Origin: Owenia fusiformis
Lineage: Eukaryota
Length of the DNA: 64,000 nucleotides
Assembly (NCBI GenBank): GCA_903813345.2
Contig: CAIIXF020000001.1
Coordinates: 19,964,001-20,028,000 of the forward strand
Direction of reading: 5' to 3'
In this document: piece by piece, positions 21,170 through 30,800 of the stretch
Layout of the letters: every line of letters starts with the position of its first letter
How positions within the stretch are numbered: position 1 is the first letter of the stretch
The notes under the pieces: model-generated
The model's input: only the letters and a program-made list of their open reading frames with translations
Told to the model about the DNA's origin: nothing
The model's database searches: none
Position numbers and translations under genes: made by a program

Positions 21170-22642
21170 TTATGCCTTGTCAATCTTCCTGATATGGTTT
21201 CTCGTTTCCATGAGAGCGTTGCCACCAAGATTTTGACCTCTCCAGGCACTTGTGTCACTAGCAGTTTTATCATTTAAACTACATCCTGTGCCCATAATCA
21301 TATCATGTGGGTTACACTCTCCTATGGTTTTGGACCCAGTTCTCATCAAAAGAGCTCTGATTTGCTTGTGCACACTGAATTTAATAGCCGTAGCTTTTAT
21401 CACATGGCTGTCACTTACTTTTCTCCATGATTGGCCATCACTTCCTCTGATTTCAGATATAAGCCTTCTTATTTGTCTGGGGTCAGATGTTTGTAGCACC
21501 TTGTCTGCAGTACGCTGATCCTTCATTACGATAGCTCTATTATAGGCTAGGTATTGCGTCACACTACGGAACATCGTGCCTTCGCATTCAAAGGGTGTGC
21601 AGCTATCTGGGCCAAGGGGGGATGTGGACGAATTGTACAAAAATACCGTGTCCAAATCTCGCATTGATGAGTTGTCATTCAAAAGTTCCATTGGTAATTT
21701 TTGTATGTCTCCAATCTTATATCGCTCATCTTTCACTATAAGGGTGTCTGCGATCATGGCACATTTCCATTTTAGTTCCTTGGCCTTTTTGAAATATGGC
21801 ATCAACAGGCGTCTGTTATCCTCAACTTCCTTTGGAAAGCTCTCAGTAACGTATATATTTGATCCTTTAAGACTAAAACGTTTTCCCCACACTGTCTCTC
21901 TATCCTGGTACCAGTTGAATTTCACGGTCATTGTTCTAGTGAATCTGTACTTTTCTTTAGGACCAAGTGGGATTCGATGTACACGCTCGAAGCGAATATT
22001 TTGCACCTCATCCTTCGACATCTTAAGTCTATTGACAAAGAAGTGCTTCATTACGTCTCCTGGATTCTCGCCATCCTCCTCAGGAATGTTCTGAAAGTGG
22101 AGTGCACTTCTACGAGAGTACACATTCATATCCAGAAGTTTAGTGTTCAGTTCATCATACATTTTGTTATATTGATATGACATATTCTTTATAGCAGTAG
22201 ACATGGAAGATGATTGAATTTGAATATCCTTAAGACATTCTTCGTGTTCCTCTACTTTGATCTTATTCTCTTCACTGACTTCCTGGGCATAGGTGATACC
22301 ACTCTTCAGTTCACTTATTTCCTCCTTAAATGCATTTTTCATGTCATTTGTGTTTTTTCGAATATCATCTCTCAATACATTCATTTCATCATGAAATTCC
22401 GAGTTTTGTTTCGTGATTTCTCTACTCAAGCATTCCATACGATCAATAAGGATCCGTCCTTCTTCACTAATATTGACATTATCTGTTACTACAGGATTTC
22501 CTTTGGGCGTGGTACATGCTGCCTCCTCACTATCAGTCTCTTCAGTATCACAAACCTTTCCCTCATCATTTGACATTTCTGAACTTGATCTAGTGTGCCT
22601 AGTGGTATTACGTGCACGAGCCTTTTTGGCTTTACCCGGCAT
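21170..22642 (-). CDS. LINE ORF1 (coiled coil + RRM-like + CTD-like) fused to a C-terminal NADAR/YbiA-like domain; 490 aa from first ATG
   Basis: First ATG at 22642 (MPGKAKKAR). Heptad-rich segment, then L1-type YSRRSALHFQNIPE..FERVHRI..MTVKF..IYVTESFPKEVEDNRRLL. Last ~155 aa: PFECEGTMFRSVTQYL..KFSVHKQIRALLMRTGSKTIGECNPHDMIMGTG..WRGQNLGGNALMETR, matching the NADAR layout. Confidence 0.9.
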   Translation of the reverse strand: MPGKAKKARARNTTRHTRSSSEMSNDEGKVCDTEETDSEEAACTTPKGNPVVTDNVNISEEGRILIDRMECLSREITKQNSEFHDEMNVLRDDIRKNTNDMKNAFKEEISELKSGITYAQEVSEENKIKVEEHEECLKDIQIQSSSMSTAIKNMSYQYNKMYDELNTKLLDMNVYSRRSALHFQNIPEEDGENPGDVMKHFFVNRLKMSKDEVQNIRFERVHRIPLGPKEKYRFTRTMTVKFNWYQDRETVWGKRFSLKGSNIYVTESFPKEVEDNRRLLMPYFKKAKELKWKCAMIADTLIVKDERYKIGDIQKLPMELLNDNSSMRDLDTVFLYNSSTSPLGPDSCTPFECEGTMFRSVTQYLAYNRAIVMKDQRTADKVLQTSDPRQIRRLISEIRGSDGQSWRKVSDSHVIKATAIKFSVHKQIRALLMRTGSKTIGECNPHDMIMGTGCSLNDKTASDTSAWRGQNLGGNALMETRNHIRKIDKA

Positions 22643-22949
22643 GACTGATTTATTATGGGCAGATCTCTTACACAAAGGACTGGTGTACGTGCATTTCGTA
22701 TAAATCAATTTTTTCACTCACCACGATAGTATACTATCCTTCATATATCCTACGACTGTTCAGGACATATCCAACATTAGATAATAGCAAATAGTAACAC
22801 GTTTGTAATCGTCTATTTACCTCTACGCCTGAAAATAAGAAAACTTTTACCGGAGAATCTTTTTAGACCTCCATTTTGTTTCACCCTCACTTTCACTTTC
22901 ATTTTAGTGATAGGATATTACGAAGTTAAATTTTTTCTCTTTCTCATGA

Positions 22950-23450
22950 TATAATCTTGTCTGCAAATGTGTCTGTGTTGTCCTGTCTATAAAACATTTA
23001 CTGATTGAATCCTAGCTGTCATAACAGACCCATGGGATATAAAACAGTCAAGACTTGTTCATAATCCAAATCAAAAACATCCAGTTAATTTAAAATAAGG
23101 AAAAACCAATTATCTCCCAGATTCTCACCTTTCTCTTAGTCCAAATCAAAAACATCCAGGTAATTTCTAATAATGATAGAACAATTATAATCTTGTCTGC
23201 AAATGTGTCTGTGTTGTCTCTGTGATTATAAAACATTTACTGATTGAATCCTAGCTATCATAACAGACACATGGGATATAAAACAGTTAAGACTTGTTAT
23301 TCATAATCCAAATCAAAAACATCCAGTTAATTTAAAATAAGGATAAAGCAATTATCTTCTTGATTCACACCTTTCTCTTAATCCAAACATAAAACATTCA
23401 GTTCTTTTCTAATAGGATAAACCAATTAACTCCCGTATTCACACCTTTCC
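22950..23450. repeat. ~240-bp tandem duplication with shorter sub-repeats
   Basis: TATAATCTTGTCTGCAAATGTGTCTGTGTTG... occurs at ~22950 and again at ~23186. Confidence 0.85.
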
Positions 23451-24789
23451 TGTTGTTTTCCACAATTAGGGATGTCATTGAGACTTAAATAATTTAATTA
23501 GGACAATATTGGTTCTTTGATTACATTGCATATGTAAAGATAATAAGAACTACAACATTGACTCAATATGTGGCTATTATTGAAATGTCCAGACATTTGA
23601 TTCCTGATAAAATGTTCAGATTAGACAGGTCGGTTTTTCAAATCTGGTTGTTCACTGTTCAGATTAGGTGTTCAGATTTCAAGGTTTTTTTTAACATGGG
23701 AGTCAATGGGAGGAAAAAATGGGACCGAAAAAAAGTGTTCAAATTGGAAGGTGTTCGGATTAGCCAAGTGTTCAGATATACAGGTTCTACTGTATTTGAA
23801 AAATATTAAATGTAGGCATAATGTTCAAAATAAAACTGTTATTATAAACCTTGAAGTAAATGTTGATCAATGTGAAAAAACTCAACATTTATATGTTTTT
23901 TATGTTGAACTCTACCTGTATATGATAGTACATTTAATTATGCTTTGGGTGAAAATATATTTTACTGTATATTCTGAGAACACATCTGCCATCGAAGTTT
24001 GTATAACTAGTTTACATTTTTTAAAGAAGTTCCAATCATATTTTTAGTTCTTGGCAAGTGTGCACAGTCACAGTATGATGTTTCAATTTTATATATATCC
24101 TTATCAATTAGGCCTATATGTATTGAATAAGATATGTCCAGTGCTGCCATATTTGAATTGGATAAATAAATATTTTTACTTTCGCTCTACACAGATTTTT
24201 ATTTGTCAATCCACATGATCTATACCCAGGGATCCATAATAATTTCAGAATCTTTTTATTTCATTTAACTGTCACATTATTAGAATAGTACTGGCAAATG
24301 GATGGATATGCAAAGTATGTGTATTATTTACCAATTTATCCAATCGGTTTTGAAAGACAGGAATCATTGATTTATCCATTTAATTAGTTAATGAAAACAG
24401 GGAATGAAATTCTGCACAAAGGGCTAATGTGAAAAATACAGTCCAATCTAGTGGGATCCGAGTTCTTGATCTTAAAACAATTATCGCTGAAGCTAATTGA
24501 CGAAAGCCGTGAACATCTCTATGACTTTTATCGCACATTCAATAGTTGGCAAAAATAAATAAGAAAATTTGGACATTACACGCTAAAAAAGTTGATCATC
24601 ACTTTCACCAGTCCATGCCATTTTAGAAGAAATCACATTTTTGCGTGTTCTTTTTGTTTCTGTCGTTTTTTTCTTATTCACGCGACATTTAATGAACAAT
24701 GAAATATAAAATTAATTTACTTAAACTACTTATTTCATGAAATACAATTCGGATATAAAACAGGGGCATGTAAACACAATAATAATATA

Positions 24790-26243
24790 CAATAATTTTT
24801 TAAATCCGATCGTCAACGATGTGTCCGCAAGGCTTGAAAGGTTAGCAAGATATCATACATCGTGTAAAACGGCTGCATATCCATTCATATTTCTTTATGA
24901 AAGTTGCCGGCGACGACGTAAAATGAAAGAAATGGAAGTGAACTTAAATTAGAATTGGTCGCACTAAAAATGGCAGAACCTCGTTTTCCCCAGGATAGGT
25001 AAAAAAGAATAACGATCATTGAAATCCTCTTATTTTGATCTACAAGTGGTGAAATAATTTTAGATAAAACCGGTTGTTAGCGATGTGTCCGTTAGGCATG
25101 AAAACAATATCGTTGTTGGATTTTTTAAATATCCGGATGCGATTTTAATTATGGCGGAGACTCTACCTTCAATATAATGTATATATTAGATAAGATAATG
25201 AGAATAACCTTCTGAAATTTCTTAATATAAGCTTTGCAAATCAGTTTACTTTGTGGGAAACCGATAAAAGACGAGTGCTCTAATATCATGTAAAAATGGG
25301 CGCATCTCCCAGGAAGTTCAGTCACGCGACAATCTGGTATTATGTGACGTTAAATGATGAAATAAAAGGCTAAAAGACACTTGCACTAAAAATTGGCAGA
25401 AACCCATCTCCCCCAGGGTTGGTAAAAAAGAATAACACCATTGAAATCGTCTAGATTTGAGCTAAATAGTGCTGAATTAATTATTTGTGAAGGCCGCCGT
25501 TAACGATTTATCCGTAAGGCTTGAAAACAGTATACATTTTTGCGTTTTCTATGAAAATATCACAATTGCGATTTTGATTATTGAGACCAGACCTTGAATA
25601 TAATTAAAAAATGAGAAAGACTGTCTGAAACTACTTGATATACGTTTTTCAAAACTGTTTACCTTGTGGGAAACCGATAAAAGACGAGCGCGATATCATC
25701 GTGTAAAGATGGATACATCCGTCCAATAAAGTTCAGTCACGCTACAATCCGGAATATGTGACGTTAAATGATGAAATAAATGGCTCTAAAAAACACTTGG
25801 TCGCACTAAAAATTGGCAGAAACCCATCTCCCCCAGGGTTGGTAAAAAAGAATAACACCATTGAATTCGTCTAGATTTGAGCTAGATAGTGCTGAACTAA
25901 TTGTTTGTGAAGGCCGCCGTTAACGATTTATCCGTAAGGCTTGAAAACAGTACACATTTTTGCGTTTTCTATAAAAATATCACAATTGCGATTTTGATTA
26001 TTGAGACCAGACCTTGAATGAAATTAAAAAATGAGAAAGACCGTCTGAAACTACTTGATATAAGCTTTTCAAAACCGTTTATTTTGTGGGAAACCGATAA
26101 AAGACGAGGGAGATACCGTCGTGTAAAAATGGGTGCATCAACCATGACGTTCATTCATGCGAAAATCGCGCGGGCTAATCACCGTAGATTACTACGCGAA
26201 ATATGCAGAGAACAATGGAAATGACGTCTTGGATCTCCTGCTG
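24790..26243. mobile_element. Right arm of a non-autonomous DNA transposon with ~420-bp tandem repeats (about 3 copies)
   Basis: GCACTAAAAA..TGGCAGAA recurs at ~24961, ~25383 and ~25803. Ends in CTTGGATCTCCTGCTG, the inverse of 11229-11244. Confidence 0.6.
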
Positions 26244-27891
26244 TTACAGAAACATTTACTGAAACATATTAATCACCACTTTATGTATTATTTTACTATA
26301 AACATCTCATCAAATGCAATTTCACCATTCCAAAAGTAAACGACATATTTTGAGGGGTGCACATTTTTACCTCATTGTAAAATCTATATAAAATATATAT
26401 TACTCACACAAAAGTAAAGCTGTAATAAACAGCAGACTGTATATATATATGTAAATATATATACAGACTGTATATATGTAAATAAATGTATGTACCTTTA
26501 ATCTCATGATGTACTTAAGCACATAATATATATTGTATATAATATAATAAAATGGATATTTAATTTGTATAAATTATGTTGTTATGTTAAGCAAAACAGA
26601 ATCTAAGATTTTTCAGAATTTAAATTCCAATTCTTATATTCTTCCCAACTAGTTCACCTTACAAACAATAACAAAAATACTCTTTTAAATACAAAATACT
26701 GTATTGAACTATATATAATATTATGCGACATGTTAGAAAAAGCTGCCATTGTTTACTCTAAATGTCAATACTGTTACTTCAATATTAACAAGTACATTTT
26801 GTGCACTTCAATAACAATATTAACAAGTACATTTTGTGCATTTCAATGAGAGGTATCAGACTTAACTAAGCCATGCTGTATTGCATGTTTATGATTTTTG
26901 AGCCCATGATGAACAGTTGTCTGTATGTAATCTTCCCACCCCAAAAATACCAACTTGGGTGAGCTGTAAAACCAAACCTTTCAGCCCTCTTTCTAAAATC
27001 TGAACCTCACAGGCTATACTGACACATACAGGCCAAACTGACCACATACATCTAATGGTAATATATTTATTACATGTTTTCATGTTTATAGCCCTATATT
27101 TCTATAAATTACGATATCCCATATTGTTACAATTCCTTCCTTCTGTACAAAAAGTGTTAATAATTAATAAATAATAATAATAGTTAATAATTATAAAATA
27201 CATAATTAATTGTCAGGTGATCAATGATCCAGCGTGCAATAGAGCTTTTCTAGCCATGAATTATCTCAACATAAAGAAATGCCATGATTACAATCTGATT
27301 TATTTAATGGCTCTGCAATGTTCAACTTGTAACTTTCCAAGATTTTAATTATAGGAAAACTAAAAGAACAGCCTCTCAAGCTAAGCTCATTTTCATCACA
27401 GATTTCTGTAAGACCATATATTCATTAATATTACATTATATCTATAAAATTATATAAAGATGCACATCCATGAAAACATCCCAAAATTGCAAGTATATTG
27501 TTTCAAAATTCTAATTCAAGTACCACTGACTTTCTACTCCAGTAAGTTTGAAAGGTACAGTGTTTGAAAGATACATGGTAACACGAAACCAAATATTGAT
27601 ACATGAAAGTTTCACAATCATGTAATCTGTCAAAATGTAACCAACACACTTGATGGTTATCGTATAAAACACTTATAGATTTTAAACAAACTTATTTTTT
27701 ATCTTAAAGCACCTAATTATTTTCTGAGAATGTTGATACAGTAACAAATCCAACAGTAATCAGATTGTAAACTTTTAAATCTCGAAGGATTTCTTTCTGA
27801 AACTTCTAAGTAGAATAAATAAATTATGCCGTAAGCCAAACAATGTGTCCATTCCATGACTCACGTAATTGTATAGCACCACTCTGAGGGT

Positions 27892-30800
27892 TTACTTAAC
27901 TTTGTGACCCATAGTAAAGACAAGAGGAGCATCTGTTGCTATGGTAACGACTTCAGCATCAGTCCATGTGTTACTTGAGCTGATTAAGCCACCAAACTCC
28001 ATTGCATCGCCATCTATAAATAAATCATTAGCTTATTTTGAGGATAGGTCCGTTATTTTCATTTCATTTCATAGGCATGAAATCAATTCAAGTTCATCTT
28101 ACATTTGGACTGGTAATAAAGGAATGAAATAAATTGGAAGCAATATTTCATTCACATTTGAATCATATTCACATCACATTTTAGGAAAAGAATGTTCATG
28201 TTAGGTTTTAACAAAAAAGAGTACATGAACATCACATCTAATATCTGGGTGTGAATGGTAATGACAAAATAACCAATTTTGTAATGTTATTGAAGATAAC
28301 TAAAAATTGTCTTGAAAAACAGCAATTTTCAACAATGCAAAACACATTTTACCATCAATTTGAATATTTCATGGTATTTCTTATAATATCTGTTACCTCT
28401 GATATCCCATATTTAACAATGTTGAAACAACCTACTCAGATTCCATTTGAAGCCTGTTGTTGTGACACTAGCACACCTGCCACCTATGGGTAAAAAGCCA
28501 CACCAATCTCCTCTATTCTCTTTCTCCACATGAATTTGATGTTGGCCCTGGAACATCATAATATTTTTATTTAACATGAGACTCAAATAGAGCTCTCTCA
28601 ATTTTGATCTCAACTCTTATATATGTATTACTAGACAACCAGCGATCCTGTAACATGTAATAAATAGAAATGCTCTAAGGGAGTGACATCTTTAAATCAA
28701 AGAAGAAACGTTCCTTATGTTGAGTAACCTATGGTCGCCTTACCTCATCAAACTTATGAGGAATTCATGGATTGCCAACTGCATTAACTCATAAATTTGA
28801 TTCATTAACACTGTAACATGCAGTGATCAAATAGACTTGTTACCTGAGTCAGCAAGCATATGATAGAGGTCCTGGTCACTATGTATGTTGGTATGTTGGA
28901 CAATTGAGCTCCAGTATATAGTGTATTCACATTAGCCATCACATGGTCAAACCTGTCCCCACCTATGTCACACAATGCATATATGGCACTGACCTGGAAC
29001 AATACAGCACCATGGTAAATAAGAATTATTTCATTAGATCTGCAGTGTGTTATAATATCAGGATGGTATTTTGTTTTGTTTTTGTTTTATTTCCATTACT
29101 ATCCTGGTAAAATTATACATTTTTTATACATTTGTATTTCCATTTCTATTGCACAATTTTAACATTGTATGTAGCAGTGTGGGCCATATTTACTTGAGAG
29201 TAGCCCCAGGCGGATGTAAGTATTTAGAGTCGAGTGTAAAATTGAAGTGCCTTGCCACATTGTCTAACATGAAAAACATGAAAGGCATTGTTAAATATTA
29301 TTAGAACAAAGTCATTTTTAAGTACTTCTATAAACATATTATTTTCTTTTTTTAAGATTTTTATTCACAAGGAAACTGTGAGTATACATATACATTTAGT
29401 TAATTTTTCATCAGTGGCAACACTGTGGCGGGTGTAATTTTTCATTGCCGAGTGTGAAAACACAAGTCGATAGCCAATTGTTGATTGACAGAAAAATCCT
29501 AAGACCCACACTGTTGTAGCAAATCTATCTTTCCTACACACAAACTTCAAAAGGATAGCCTTTTACATTACACCTTATCAACAACCACTAAATGGTAATT
29601 GGTGTAAGAAATGGTTTACTGACAAGGTTTGCAATTCTACCTGAAGATTTCTCTTGTTTATCCTGTCAACTAATAATCTTAGACATTTAGTGAAGTCTGT
29701 CTCACTTTGGTCTAGAGTTGGGATTATCTCACAGCCCTGAAATGTGACATACAAAATGCAATAATAAAAAAACATACAAAACAATACAAAAACACAAAAA
29801 AGGATTAAGGTAATCCTAGTATGAATATTTGGACTTGTATGTGCATTACAAAAGTATGCAAGCACCGAGTCTGCTTGAGCTATTACTCTAAGAATCATTC
29901 AAATATTGACAGTGTGATTCCTTTTGACCTAATCCTTTATCTTAAAAAACCCTATTTGATATAATTTACTATTAAACAAAACTTGTGATTTTGCCTACCT
30001 TGGATTTATAATACTGCAACACATCAGCTACTGCTGAATCAAAATCCCCAGAGATTATATCAGGTACAAGTTGGGGGAAATCCTGAACAGTATGCTTGTA
30101 CAATTCATTTGTGCCTCCATCAACACAAGCAGTCAACACAGCTGTAACACAAGAAAACTTATGTCCACTTGTCCTTGTACAATACATGTATTTTTGTTAG
30201 CATTTTCAAACAAGATTTTAGGATGGAAAATCCAAAATTGCTGCCTGAACATTTATCCAGAATGCCAAAAAACTAATCAGATCTAAACCTTTCTAGGAAC
30301 ATCCCTGAAAATTTCAGATGAATCCCTGGAACAGTTTGCCTGAAAACCACCCACCTGGCAAACTGATTACAATATAGCACCCAACATGTCAAAAAACAAA
30401 ACATGTAATCTCACATCCTTTTCTATTTTGGCTAGAATTCTATGGAAGAGGGTCACATTTTTTACTGTTGTTGTTTGTTGTTTAATAATTTATTTAAGTC
30501 TCACGCTAAAATACATATACAATAAATAATACTAAAAAATACATAGCCCAGCCGGCATTCGGCTTATGAGAGACTGAAACATTCATTTTAAAACATGAAA
30601 TAATAAATAATTTAAAGTGTAAAATCAATGTCAATCAATGAAATAGTTTTTTCTGTTTAAAAACATGCTATTAACAGTTTTTGCCAATGTTCTTGTGATG
30701 TTTTCATTTGTAATAAGAGTGCAATATTTAGCCAAACTAGAGAGCGAGTCAAAATTGATAATGTGAAGTCTTGCTTTTTCAAATAAGTCAGTCCTTAGAG

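Larger units (their letters stand above)
16602..22899 (-). mobile_element. Full-length L1/Tx1-type non-LTR retrotransposon (LINE) with NADAR-containing ORF1
   Basis: 12-bp direct repeat CATTTTAGTGAT at 16590-16601 and 22900-22911. A-rich tail (poly-T on + at ~16601-16633) with AATAAA. Short 3' UTR, two long uninterrupted ORFs, ~700-bp inter-ORF region and ~260-bp 5' UTR. Confidence 0.95.

Noticed and set aside
18345-22703. Plus-strand ORFs antisense to LINE ORF1 and ORF2 (e.g. 21576-22094, 172 aa)
   Set aside because: Shadow frames of real coding sequence with no recognisable motifs.
22643-22717. ORF1 start at GTG 22717 (515 aa)
   Set aside because: The eukaryotic context favours the first ATG at 22642.
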